This document shows, one piece after another, positions 1 to 19,774 of a DNA stretch of 64,000 nucleotides (the first letter of the stretch is position 1; each line of letters opens with the position of its first letter). The DNA comes from Ramazzottius varieornatus (taxonomy: Eukaryota > Animalia > Tardigrada). A program made the translations under genes and the position numbers. The stretch lies in contig BDGG01000017.1 of the NCBI GenBank assembly GCA_001949185.1, positions 186,001 to 250,000 of the forward strand. The letters are read 5' to 3'. The notes under the pieces were generated by a model. The model was not told the origin of the DNA. It searched no databases and worked only from the letters and a program-made list of their open reading frames with translations.

Positions 1-1018
1 CAACTTGGCTTAATCAGACTGTATATTAGTGCAAGATGGCCAAAGCTCCTTTCAGCAAAGCCAACTGGTCTTTCACGTTGGGCATTTCCAACGGACGGTC
101 GACTCAAAATGAGCGTGGTACTGCTAGTAGTACATATACGAACGAAGAGAAAGTTTGGAACAGTAAAAAGTTTGGAACAGGCGATTCCGAAACAGCGGAA
201 CGAAAGTTCGTACGTACCTGTGCCCAAAGCCATTCTAGCCTGAGCGATCCTGTCTGTTCTCTCTTCTGCAGCTCACTGCCGGCTTCCCCAACTCACTTAG
301 TTGAGGCGAACTAGTGTCAGGGCCTGTTCCCCTGCTGCTGTAGAATGGCCTTGCTGTGCGATTCACATCAATGCACTCTTGACAATTTGCTACGGTTGTC
401 TTCAATTTGCCGTCTTTTTCGCCTGTTCGAGACTTTCCCTTTGTGCGTGTGATGGCCTTCCACTCCTCGACCAGCTACCACCACGACTCCCTCGCCGTGG
501 TGCCTGACCACCGTGCTACCCTGGACTCCGTCCCGACCTAGCACCATAACGACTACCACCACGTGTACCAGCGGCAGCAGAACTAGCCCCACTGTTCAGA
601 CCGTGACCACTACCGAAAGTCCCCCGTCATAACAGATACCACAACCACCACGTACACCTACAGCCCAGATGACTGCCTCAAACTCGAGAAGAACAAGAAC
701 GGTCTTTACACTGACAACAGGCGGATTCGAAGGGGCGCGGGTCATCATACTTCACCTGTTTTGATCTTCACCCGTTTGAACACCTTGGTTTGATCTCGCA
801 GAACCGCCAGAACGAAAAGCTGGGGTCCCTTCGAGTTTCTCTGAGGAGTAAATTGACTACGTAAAAGTCCAGAGATTGACGACCAGGAATATACTGCAGT
901 CGGTCCCAGGCCTTCTCAATGTATGGCAGACTTGCGTTGATCTCTCCGCGCTCTAGGTGGAACACGTTAATGCGGGACAGCGCGTCGAATATATATACTT
1001 GTCCAAATGTTTCCTGTA

Positions 1019-1503
1019 CACGCACGACGAGATATTACGGGCCAGTAGAAATTACGGGCCAGGCGGAAAAGACGGCAAATTTACAATTTGTATGGAAGTC
1101 GGAAACAGAATTCGGATAAGTGACGTAACGTAGTAAACTTCAACCGTAGAAAATTGTCATGGACAGTGGTCGTCAGCTGATGAGCTGTNNNNNNNNNNNN
1201 NNNNNNNNNNNNNNNNNNNNNNNNNNNNNNNNNNNNNNGCACTACGCGAAGCAGTTCCAGTCTTCAAACTTCCGCGCAGCACCGTTCTACGTTATGTCGA
1301 AGATACCACACAATAAATATCAATTTGGCATGTTTTAGCTCCTCGGCCCAATGTCCAGCACGTACGTACAGCAGTGCAGCCTTCGATACTGGTTTTTACT
1401 TGCAGTAAGAATCACCTGCCCGTGCCGCCGTAACGAAAGGGCCTGGCCCGTAATTTTTACTGGCCCGTAATTTTTACTGGCCCGTAATATCTCGTCGTGC
1501 GTG
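1019..1503. mobile_element. MITE family 1 (non-autonomous, TA target duplication), spans the assembly gap
   Basis: TIRs cacgcacgacgagatattacgggccagt / actggcccgtaatatctcgtcgtgcgtg flanked by TA on both sides; subterminal repeats; related inverted copy at 48358-48556. Confidence 0.8.
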
Positions 1504-1549
1504 TACCAACAAAGCAAACTTTACAACCTACACTGCCAGACCAAACTGA

Positions 1550-1890
1550 ATTAAGTACCCTGAATTTTATCCAGTCGGACTGGAGACCTTTGGACCGTGG
1601 GGACCTTCAGCAACGGAACTTTTTGAGACAGTTGGTAAAAAGATGCTTGAGATAACTGGCGAGGCTCGTTCTTTACAATTTTTTAAGCAGCGCGTGTCTA
1701 TTGACATTCGGCGTGGTGATTGTTTTTCTGTTACTTCAACTGTTAAAGATCAGAAAGGTCTTGATGAGGTGTTTTTGGTTTTGGATGTTAAAAAAGGAAA
1801 ATCTATACCGTAAGCTTTTGACGTGTTTTTCCTTGTTTAGATTTGTCTTTCTTCTTTTTGGAAACTGAATATTATCTTGAATAAAGTGTG
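1550..1890 (+). mobile_element. 3' fragment of a CRE-like (restriction-like endonuclease) non-LTR retrotransposon
   Basis: Translates to KYPEFYPVGLETFGPWGPSATELFETVGKKMLEITGEARSLQFFKQRVSIDIRRGD*, matching the ETxGPWG...TGE.R...QR.SI.IQRGN C-terminus of this group; AATAAA follows at ~1880. Confidence 0.7.
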
Positions 1891-1901
1891 GAATTGAGTA
1901 C

Positions 1902-3803
1902 CTACTCGGCTGCGGGTATCATTTGCTTGTAATTGACCACAGCATGTTCCAGGCGACCCAGTTCTACGTAGATTCTGGCCATCTTGGAGAAAAGAGGTCC
2001 TAATGCAAAGCTGGTCGGCGTCACAAACGTCCGGTAAACTAGAAAGCTTCTCGACACTCCAGCCAGCCTGCTTTGCAGGGCTTCAGCGTCATCCGTTAGA
2101 GCAGATGGGTTCTCCGTCTGACTTTGACTGTCGGCCACCGCTTCCTCAGACAAAATTCCCTCCTCTGCGTATAGAAAGTCTTTTTTATGGACTATGAAAT
2201 GGCCGCAACGTATGCAGGTGAGCCCGTCATAATGTTCGTCCCCAGGGGCCAGTTGTGCCAAGCCAGCATCTATATGGCGATTGCCACAACGCAAGCAACA
2301 AAACTCCACCCGTGACAAAGATAATTTAGTAAGATAATTTAGTAAGATAATTTACTGTGACAAAGATAATTTAGTATTCGGATTTTCAACCTGTCAATTA
2401 TGTACAAGGTAAGCGCTTCGCGCGACACACCTTTGGTAGCATACGGTGTATGCAGACGGCTGGAGTGCGAGCAGCTAGCGTGAGTGGATGGACCATGCAA
2501 TCCTCACTAACGGCAACGCTGACCTAGAACCTAAAAGCTGCATTATTCGGTCCACAAGTCATTGACAGTCTTGTTTGGCTCAAGGTACAGTTTAGGCAAA
2601 TAAGGTACTCTAAGAGGGGGCAAGGCCAAAATCGACGTGACGCAGAAAGCAAACAGCTGATCAAGCTGCAATCCAGAGACGTGAACTGCCACTTGATCTG
2701 CTGATTACTTCGAGCCGGAGTTTCTACGTCACTTGTCGAAAACTCGATTTTGGCCCTCCCCCTTTTAGAGTAACTTAATTGCCCACACTGTAATTATAAT
2801 GTTCGAGGTAGAGGCATGGTAATGCCACTGGAAAGTATGACATACTTACGATTTGACCTTTTTGTATGGGAGCGACAGCTTTCAGTTTCAAGATGGGCTT
2901 TCTGGTAGTGGGTACGGTACAGGAGAGATGTACTGCATTGCGTTTGACAGACAACCCGACTGCAGGCAACCATTGTGCTAAGCCGAAGGCGATGACTTGG
3001 TTGGTGGTCAGATGCTCGATACGGAAGTTAGTGTCAGGGGGGAAGACTAGAAAGCTCAAGTTTCTGCACTGTTCGTAGATGGTCAGAAACATACTAAATT
3101 GACTGAGGTATTCCGTAGAGCGGTGGCATCATTTTGAGCAGAGGTAGCCATTCTTTGTGTTGCTCTTTGCAGCGATCGTAGTCTAGCAGTTGCCTTTCAG
3201 CTTCCGCCCGGTGGAGATGGTCTGGACCATCAGCATACGCTAGTCGCACAACGCTTTTCTATCAATTGAACGTTTTGTTATTCACCCCGTATGCAAACAG
3301 TTTAAATCCTTCTCTCTTGCAATTGGTACCGGTCTACTTACGTTCCGTGGAACGGAGCGGATAAAAAGACGCGCTTGATCAGTGCATTGGTCTGATAAGA
3401 CTTTGGGCAAAGCTTTGTAGATTTTACATTCTCACTTATGGTTTCGGTCCAGTCCTCCTTCTGTAACTCGGGTTAAAGTATGCAGGTGTATGGATGGCAG
3501 TCGAAAGACGCCGTCTTTGTCGAAACCACAAGGGCTACTCACTTGACACTGGATGGAACAGTATCGGAAAAACTGACATCCGGAGCAACGTAAATAAGTC
3601 GCACCTGCAACGTTGGTCATTCTCAGGCAGTTACTACAGGTGGTAGTGATATACTCTTCCAGTATAATGGCCTCTGCTGCAGGTCTTTCATAGATAAGAT
3701 CTCTTTCCGGATAATCTTTGGCTGCATGCGGCCCTGTTTTCTCGACGGTGTCACCTTTCTCCCAAAATTTACCGCCGGTATCCATTTTCAAAAAGCTGGA
3801 CAA
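1902..3803 (-). pseudogene. SMYD-family (SET + MYND) lysine methyltransferase pseudogene
   Basis: MYND finger CSNC...CSGC...YCSIQCQ|KEDW..HK*EC with a frameshift and stop in exon 2; SET motif KAVAPIQKGQIVSMSY; post-SET CCLRC; TPR-like tail; interrupted by a MITE (2588-2790) and a local tandem duplication (~2315-2375). Confidence 0.7.
2588..2790. mobile_element. MITE family 2 (Tc1/mariner-like, CAGT...ACTG ends, TA TSD)
   Basis: ~45-bp TIRs cagtttaggcaaataaggtactctaag / ttagagtaacttaattgcccacactg, TA on both sides; highly similar inverted copy at 48559-48760. Confidence 0.85.
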
Positions 3804-4849
3804 TAAGAATGTGCTGCAAATAGAGATGAAGTCTCTACTTTCTGTACAGTTGGGCGTATCTGGTGTACTTTCTGTACACTAATTTTAACTATCGCCCAAG
3901 GAACGGGAAGTAGAACACTGGGTGTAGTATTCGACCACCATGAACGAGCTGCAAGCAGAACATTTTTCAGCTGCAGACATCACTACTACGATCGTGGTGC
4001 CCCATACTTTGAACTTGGCCAGCTGGAAATCCGGCGTGTCCATCAGGCATGACTACCTGGATTGTATGGCCAGGTTAGGTGATTTGGACAGCCTTGGTTC
4101 CTGGGCTGTTTATGCAACGTCAGAAATGCTTGCTAACCGGTGCCAAATTTGACTGGTTTATGGCGCAGGCTACGCTAACGTTGTCGTAGCAGTAGTGTGG
4201 CCAGGCGCATAAATCAAATTTGACATCGGGTTGTGAAGCATTTCCGACATTGCATGCCATACGTACAGCAGTACCGCTTGCCTAGCGTGCCGATCTGCAG
4301 GTTCTACAGCTACGATTAGAACTCTGACTCCCAGATGTCGCAGCGCGTAGTCCTGAAGCACCGATACAATATAGTTGTTCAAGTTGTTGCTGGTTGTGTT
4401 GAACCACCACCACTATCACTTACAGTCGAGATGACTTGAACACACTCGACTAGAACAAAGATGGCATTTACATTCATATTAAAAAAGAGTTGGCTTGTTT
4501 TGTTACCGCCACGTATGGCGGCATTCCAAGTTCGTGAAATACAAGCAGTACAGTAGTACTTGGTGCGCTTGGTTGCGTATAAATAGCGATTGAAACTCGA
4601 CACATTAGAAGGCGGCTCAACTATCTGACCATATTTATTCCGAACGAGAGAAAACCCGCAGACGCCGGTTGTTTCTGCATCTCCACAGCCATCGCCACAT
4701 GTGCTTGGAGACTATCTCACAGACTCTTACTCATGCCCGCTTGAACAGCTACAACTTTCGTTTGAGACACAACAAGATGCCATTCCCATCAGCAGCCTTT
4801 GACGGAAATTACGCATGCATGTTTTCGCACCATCAACGATTCGAACACA

Positions 4850-5045
4850 GGGAGCTGGGCGAACAATGTCGACAAGATTGCTTTTCCAAGCGGCGTAACT
4901 TTTGCGTGTTAGTGGCTGAAAGAGTGCGCCACTCGCACATCTCGACAAAATTGTATTCCAAAGTGGTGCACGCTTTCAGCCAATAACGCCGGAGGTGTGC
5001 GCCACTTGGGAAAAACGGTCTTGTCGAGTTCGTTTGCCGACGTCT
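4850..5045. repeat. CAAGTGGCGCAC dyad element (family A), 2 units, downstream of the Ig gene
   Basis: gagctgggcgaacaatgtcgacaagat ... gtgcgccacttgggaaaaacggtcttgtcgagttcgtttgccga. Confidence 0.8.
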
Positions 5046-5131
5046 CGCATGATGCAGTAGAAATATGGTACAAAACACAGAAACGGGATGAGTGGATGGA
5101 GTATCTATAAAAACACCGGCGATAAAGCAAT

Positions 5132-5521
5132 TCATCCCAAGAAGGACTGAATCCAAGCCATGCTTTCTCCCGCGTCGTTGCGAAGGCGAACTTCGTATTT
5201 GGTAGGAGCTGATGTGTTTTTGGTGGTTCCAGTGGCGGTCAGGCTGGCATAATAGGTATCCGCTCCCCCTTCCTTCCTGAAGACTAACTTGTATTTTCCC
5301 CCATCTTGAACCTGCGCGCTGTTGACCAACCAGGCAATCTGCGGTTCTGAGTGAGAAGTACACCGAAGCTCGATCGACAGATTCGAGCCATCACCAGCCT
5401 CGTGGAGAGACATCTTCTGGGTAATCTGAGGGGATTTCCGCATTCCACTAGGAAAGAAAAAGTCTCTTTGAGCGTAAAGAGTAATAATGTGCTAAGATGC
5501 AATTGGATGAACTTACGACAT
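5132..5521 (-). CDS. Small single immunoglobulin I-set domain protein (~106 aa, no signal peptide); exons 5521-5517 and 5447-5132
   Basis: ccaccATG TC|gtaagt...ttttctttcctag|T GGA ATG gives MSGMRKSPQITQK...ELRCTSHSEPQIAWL...GGKYKL...YYASL...YEVRLRNDAGES, an I-set Ig pattern like DIM-1/twitchin muscle domains. Confidence 0.7.
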
Positions 5522-6272
5522 GGTGGATTGTTGGTAGGGACTTCTGGGATGAACTAGCGACGAGGGAGTGAGTGATAAGATGAAGACTTCGACTGCAGAA
5601 AAATGTGCGAGAGTTCAGTGAGTTTGAAAAACCACTTTCCTTGCTCGATCGTTCTTCTGTCTTAGTTGTTCGAAGTGTGGAAAGAGTTTGATGGTATGAC
5701 GTGCGCGTAACTGCATGATGACTTGGTGGGACCTGATGACTAGCACGCGTTGGTGTCAAATCACCGCTCAAAACTGGAAACAAGAACCGAGCTCGAGATA
5801 ATGTTCTTAGGCTTCAGTGAGTCAGACCGACTCAGAAGAGAAGTGGTGTCGAATGCCAGGAACTCGCAAGATCTTCTTTGTCTTGTTTCTGTCCGATGCT
5901 GTGGTAAAGCGATGTCACAGTTGCGCTTGGCGGCTATCTTTCTGATAATATGAAGAACCATTCGAGTCTCAACCAGAGGTTCAACTCTGTCATCATCCAG
6001 CTTATACTCACGTCGATGATGAACCTCACGAGCCATTTCGGTAATTTTACCAATTAAGAGACCGGCAACGATCTTGCAAGATCGTTCTCTAGAGTAGCGC
6101 AAAATTTGCGAGAGCATACAGTGAATATATTTGCAAACAGAAACTGCACTGGGAATAAAAATACTCAAACTGTGTTATAAAATTAACTTAAGCAACACAA
6201 CGCGGAAGAACTAAGAAATCAAACAAAAGCAGTAAGAAACGAACTGAGAAAACAGTAACGGACGATAACTTG

Positions 6273-13723
<7,451 letters not shown>

Positions 13724-13809
13724 TTAAAATGTTGAAAAAATACCACAGCAAACACAAAGGAAGGTTAAAACATAAAAGATATCAAAGGAGAATTTGGCAG
13801 GCGATTATT

Positions 13810-14116
13810 TCAGTGGTGTTCTGGACGTGGTCCAAAGGGATCTTTCCAGACGGGTAATCCGACGGTGTGCTTCTCCACATGGTCGATCTCAGCTCGGTTC
13901 TGCCTGTTGATCTCTTCTACAAAGAGAAACGAACATACTTGTAAAGAGACATTCGTAGAAAACAAAGGTTGACTGCTTACGATATTCTTTCTTGTGCTGT
14001 AGTGGCTGGCCCACAATGAGATACAGAGCGCCAGTCACTAAACCAACAACAGCGATGACCGGGAGCTTTCCTCCGCCGTAGAACTTGGAGACTGGAGAAC
14101 GACCCACACGCTGCAT
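13810..14116 (-). CDS. SMIM20: Small integral membrane protein 20 (MITRAC7 / phoenixin precursor); exons 14116-13981 and 13916-13810
   Basis: Spliced product MQRVGRSPVSKFYGGGKLPVIAVVGLVTGALYLIVGQPLQHKKEYQEINRQNRAEIDHVEKHTVGLPVWKDPFGPRPEHH; one TM segment plus EY...NRA.I...GL.VW.DPFG is the SMIM20 signature; intron gtaagc...tttgtag. Confidence 0.85.
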
Positions 14117-14224
14117 CGCGAAAGCTCGGATTAGCAGGAGAACGGCATCTCTGGAAGATGGAAGAGATGTTGGTCATTGGTCAGTAGTTGCAATATAAAT
14201 TCATAATTCCTAAGCCAGTACACA

Positions 14225-14396
14225 GATTGCGAGCGGAAGCGCACTAGCACAGTCCAACACGCACAGGAACATCGTGACGGCATTTGTTAACGTTATGCGA
14301 ATCTTTTAACACAGCGCCTAGGAGACGAACTTGCTCTATGATGTCACGATGTTCCTATGCGCGTTAAACTGTGCTAGTGCGCTTTTGCTCGCAATC
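14225..14396. mobile_element. MITE with ~55-bp TIRs just upstream of SMIM20
   Basis: gattgcgagcggaagcgcactagcacag...aacatcgtgac inverted with gtcacgatgttcc...ctgtgctagtgcgcttttgctcgcaatc; the same terminus occurs at ~22690-22748. Confidence 0.7.
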
Positions 14397-14439
14397 TCCA
14401 ATTTCAACTTCCTTCAGTTGTTCAAGCACTATCGAATCG

Positions 14440-14750
14440 AGAGCTCGGCAGACAAACGACAAGATCAAAGACAAGATCGTATCCCCCAGTGACGCACGCG
14501 TTCACTCAACAAAACCAAAGAGGTGTGCCACTAAACTAGCCACGATTGTTTCCCAAGTGGCGCATTTTTTTGATGTTCTTGGCTGGGAACGTGCGCCACT
14601 AGTAAAACAGTCTGGTAGAGTTGTTTCTCCAAGGGTGCACTCTGTAGGCGTCATAAGCTGGAAGCCTGAGACACTTCGAAACGCGACAAGACTGTTTTCT
14701 TAAGTGGCGCGCATTATCAGTGTTGTTAACCGAAAGCGCGCGCCACTTGG
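14440..14750. repeat. Family A dyad array (4 units)
   Basis: Starts gagctcggcagacaaacgacaagatc; dyads at ~14555 and ~14701 both have 25-nt spacers. Confidence 0.85.
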
Positions 14751-16004
14751 TCAGTGTGGTGAACTTTCCCGCGGGAGGTGATCTGTGGTTTGCTTCCGTG
14801 AGAAACCACGCGACAGGAAGAAGAGGAACTTGTGCAGCAAACAGCAGTCTAAAGTACGAGTACTGAAACTGGTGTGGTGGATTTGAAAGTTACTGTACGA
14901 ATTTTTGAATGAGGAAGCATGGGAGTCGGGTATTCGTCGAAGGAATGTGCAATGTATTCAAAATAATGATGTACATCAGAACAATTTATCTGGACGTCGC
15001 TGACAGCCTCGCTTCGTTTTGCAGATGAGGACTGTAGGACGTTTACTTCCGTTATCAAAGAGAGAAGTTCTAGAGAAAGAAGGTTCGTACGCAAACAGGA
15101 AGCACTTTGGTACGGTTCACCCGGTTGAAACTTCCTGTACGCACGCGTACTGTGGCGGATGCGGTGGATTTTTACAGTATGTTTGATTACTACAGATATT
15201 CTTAACTTTGATGTTATTCATGTAGTCTATGGTATTAGATTGTTTTCGTACATCGTGATCTCATCACGTTACCAGTAAAAAGTCTCCTTAAGAAGTTGTG
15301 CTATGCAAAGCGAAGAAAGGGAGAAGTCGGCGTCGACTGCCGGTAAGAAGTCAAGGCTGGAGGGGAGGTAGCTGAGAGGAGCAGAGTAGTTGGTCCAACG
15401 ATGGTGGAAGAGTCGGCGGGTCGTTTCTCGTTGACCCTGATGGAAACAACCGACGCCTAGTCGGGAGACGACTCTTCCATCATGAGCACTTCTACCGGTT
15501 ACGGACTCGGTAGGCAGGCCAAACGGAAGAAACATAACTCCCTCGGCCTCTGGTCTGTCCAAGTCCACCAAGACCTCGACTCAACCCACCCACTCGGTGC
15601 CAGTAGAAGTTGACAGCACAGGTCTTTCCGAAGGTGTCTGCATCAGCATCGCCGAACTGCCCGTGAGCAGCCAACCACCTCCTGCCCACTTCGCGCCATC
15701 CTCGCAGGGTTTCGCCAGCGCGTCCTGTGAGACGGGGCTGAATCTGCCGAGAACGAGTAGAGAGCCAGCCGGTGCGCCATCGACTTCCGGTTTGTCATCA
15801 CCGGGTGAAGGCTCTTCATATTACCAGTTGGCGTCAGGACAGGCCAAGTCAGCCGAGTACTCAGAGTTGGCTGTCGCTTCCCAAAGGGCATCCAGCGGAG
15901 GCACTGTCCGTCTCCACGCATGCTGATAACGTGCGCCACCTGGGAGAACAATCTTGTCGAATTAGCTCGCCGAGCTCCCACTTAGTTCCTCCACGAAACT
16001 TTCT

Positions 16005-16730
16005 TTACACTTGTGACTCCGAAGCACTCTCTTTTACAGCAAGGCATCCGGAGACTTCAGGTTCGTTTACAACTTGGGAGGTGGAAGTGGACGGTTGTGG
16101 GCAATGTGGAGCGTTATCAACTTTCCAGATGCGAGTTTTCGTTACATCGAACTCGCGCAGGAATTTCTTGTCGTCCTCAGTCAAATTTGCATCCTCAGGT
16201 AGCCCCAAGGCGACAGCTTCGGTCATCAGGCGATCGATCTTCGTTTTCCGCATCTCGTAGAACACGTCGTCATTCTTCTTGAACAGGTCGTTAAGTGTCC
16301 GGAGATCAGAAATCATGCCATCCAGCGACTCCTTCAACGGTTCGCTGGAAAAAAATGGGGGTTATTATTCTATTCCTATATCGATAATAACTATTTAATT
16401 ATAGTCTTCATGTAATTTAGTTTCTTGAGTTTGATCCCATTTATTTGGACCATTAAGACGTACTACAATCAGATAAAAACCATACACGAGCTGCTAAACA
16501 TGGCCTTGCTGAGTTGATTGTCAAGCAATTCAGCAATTTTCAGCAGCTCATGTATGATAAAAACGAAGAAGTATCATGCACGACTGTGTGAGTACTTACA
16601 AATAGACTGCTCTCGCATATTTGACGGCATGTTGTTTCTGATGAGGGTTCAACTTCGACCAGGCTTTTCCAAACGACAGCTTCTCCGACATTTCTTTCAA
16701 AGCTCTAAAAAGGTAAACTGAGTCTGCTTT
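16005..16730 (-). other. Exon-like segments of an unidentified (possibly decayed) gene
   Basis: Acceptor ttttttccag precedes ORF EPLKESLDGMISDLRTLNDLFKKNDD...; upstream segment ...HAVKYARAVYL|gtaagt; no family recognised. Confidence 0.3.
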
Positions 16731-18521
16731 CAGTCGGAGAAAGCATGAGAAACGAACAAACGTAGAAATAACGCAAACAGCCACGCACTGTCATGCAATT
16801 AATGAGACAATTGACGAGAATTGCAAGCTTCTCTTATACAAGGAGAAAGAATCTTATCCATGCCAGTAGGAACTTGTGCTTACCGTTTTGCGAGAGCTCC
16901 GCCCAAAGGGCTGGCCTTCCAGCGGAGCCTTAGAATGAATCATAGACCACTTGAGCCATCGTAGAAAACTGTTGAGGCATTCTAAAGCCCTTAAATCGAG
17001 GCAAACCATGCCAAGCTTAAGCTTATGGCGGAAGATCAGAGAGAAATGTCTTGGCACCGAAAGTGGTCTCTACCATTAGTCGACTGCTGTACATACAGGC
17101 ATAGTGCATTATTATACCCTGATTATCGTGCAGTGCCGTCAAGTGGTACTATCAACAGCGTTATCAATTCCGTATCAATCAATGCGTCAACATCTTCGGA
17201 TGATTAGTAAAGAATTGATTGATCAAATCCGAAATCACGACTCATGACTCGTCAAAAACTTGGAAAAATTCGTCAAAAAAGTTAGAAAAATCAGGAAAAA
17301 TCGGGGAATCATCCTGAGTAAAGGATTGTGCTGTCTGGAGCTCGAGCTTCCTCTGATGAGTTCGCGATTCAGGATCCCTTGGGTCTCTTAGATTCAGGGT
17401 AGATCCGTGTAGATTTGCTAGAAATTTTCAGTTTTTGGCGAATTTGACGAATGAACGAACAGGTGTCGAGCGCAGATGTGCAGTGAGCATCAGAACACGA
17501 CGACACGCACCTAGAAACGGCGGTTCCGTCACCGTTTGGCTTGATTGAATTCACTCAAACGCTGAATAACTACAAGACTGCTTGGTTGACGAGAACTTGC
17601 ACTGCGTGCGTTCAGCCGGTAAAGAGGCTGAACAAAGCCGTTGAATTTTGCCAATCGCAGATTTATACAGAGAAATGTAGGATTTCCAGCAACTCCAGAT
17701 CCGTGAATGATATTAGCACGTGAGCAATCTTGACTGCGGAGCTCGGGAATAGTTGGGATCAGTGGGGTTCTGTTGAGCGATAGACGGGTAATTCACCCAG
17801 CCTGATATCGCAAATTAAGTAATTCGTCGCGTAGAACCTGCCACGAGCCGCTAGAGATGGCAACTTGGTCATGGGTGCGGAAATCCTATCTTTATATAGT
17901 CAGGAGACCCAGTGCTCAAACGACACTCGGAGCGGTTTCTCAAGACTGAAGAGTTTTGATTACTTGCTCGGTTGCCGTCTCTCAATTGGCCTACATTTGA
18001 GAGCCGTTGTGTGTTTACGATGTTTCACTGGAAATCACCCGTCCATCTGATGCTGGCAACGATACGGTATACCGATATCGTATCGAAATATATCGAATCT
18101 TTGCGATAAAATATGCGGCAGATATCGTATCGCACCATATCGATATATTTTCGATATATCGGCATTTTGCTGAATGGCAAAATCACCAATGATATCTCGT
18201 TTTACGGAGGACCATGGTTAATTTCAAAGACTTGATTCTGGCCATGGTGTACCGAGCACACTCCGCTCATTCGGTTCTGGTACTAATTCTGTCCAGGTTT
18301 CCGTGTGTTTAAAGTCTTGGTATAATCAAGAGTAGGCACCGCCCCCGCGATCTTTTTCAGCCAGTTAAAATCTGTTTTAGTTCAACGAAATCATCTGCCG
18401 TTGAACGCCCTCTCTTCGATCCAAATATGAGACCGGTGTAAATTTTCGAAAAAGCTCGATTTCTACTTCTGCCGATTTAGCCCTCACTACTTGTAGTATT
18501 CCATTTCTCATCGTTTCGACC

Positions 18522-19774
18522 ATGCCTCAAGCCAACGAGCGAGCAGTTCTTCTGAAAAAGATAGATCGGAGGATTGAACTACTTCTGAGACGAGAGGATT
18601 GTTCATCGGGATCGTGATCCGAAGACACAGAATCCTCTTCAGATTCGAGCGACACTAGTTCGGACGAATACGAGTTGGATATTTTGAAGACTCGACGTCG
18701 GTTTTTACGAAGGTGTCGCTACCTACGCAAGAGATCGCTTGTTCCCAAGAGTTCCCATTTTGTAGACACCATTCTCTCTAGGTTGAACGATGTTTGATTC
18801 AAAGATGTTCGCATGTATACGGAGTCTTTTGTCGATCTGGCGGATCGCTTGGCTGGACATCGAGTTTTCAGGAGTACCATCCAGAATCCTCAGCGTCCTG
18901 TTCAACTGCAGTTAATGATGGCACTTTGGAGGTCTGGTTGTTCGGGTAACGAAGCATCTGTGGGAAAAGTGGCACGTCACTTTGGAGTGTCAGAAGGAGC
19001 TGTGGTACTTCACACTAATCGGGTGATTGTGTCTATTTTAAGCCTGGAAAAAGAGGTCGTATTCTGGCCTGATGCAAGCGAAAAGAAAACCATCAAGAAG
19101 CGGATCTTCGAGTTGTCAGGTTTTCCCAATCGCTTAGGTTTCGTGGATGGGACACTAATCCCTTTCGCAAATAAGCCAAATTTGGAAGGATCAGATTACT
19201 TCAGCCACAAGTCAAAGTACGGTATCAATACTCTCACAGTCTGCCAACGACGATTCCGATACGTGTTTGCTGGATTTTGTGGCTCGGCTCACGACAATCG
19301 AGTGTTCGCCAGCACCAAACTTGTTCGATTCTCCACCCAGCTTTTCAGAGGAGAGTACATACTTACTGATAGCGCCTACACCAACACATCTACTGTTATC
19401 TCGTCCTATAAAAAACCAGCGGCTCTACGGAAAGAAAACGAGCAGTTCAACTTCCGGCTATCACAGATCCGTATCAGGGTGGAAAACTGTAATGGCATGT
19501 AAAAAGAAGATTTCAGAGTTTGAAAGCACTCAGAGGTGTTTTGAACACGGCTGAAGATCATCGCAAGATAGTCTACTGGATCTGTGCATGCTGTGTTTTG
19601 CATAACCTTCTGACCAGCGATTACTGCAATCCAGAGTGGGACGATAGCTCGCAAGACGAATCTGCATCTGGTGAAGAAAATCACCATCGGGCCACGAAAG
19701 AGAAATTTATAGCTGAAGGAGGTCGGAAAACCTCTTTCGTGTTGGGAATAACTTCTTACTTCCGCTCAAGGTGA
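18522..19774 (+). mobile_element. PIF/Harbinger transposase (DDE_Tnp_4), degenerate
   Basis: GFVDGTLIP, GSAHDNRVF, YILTDSAY, RIRVENCNGM[frameshift]KRRFQSL, ACCVLHNLL; stop near the 5' end and a 1-nt frameshift at ~19500; ATCGATA-rich flank at 18050-18170. Confidence 0.9.

Noticed and set aside
370-800. Thr-rich mucin or peritrophin-like coding remnant
   Set aside because: Frames are broken and no diagnostic domain motif is readable.
1189-1238. Run of 50 N
   Set aside because: Assembly gap, not biology; the true length of the surrounding MITE is uncertain.
3940-4603. Short Cys-containing ORFs as a secreted protein gene
   Set aside because: Multiple stops in all frames, no consistent splice structure and no recognisable family.
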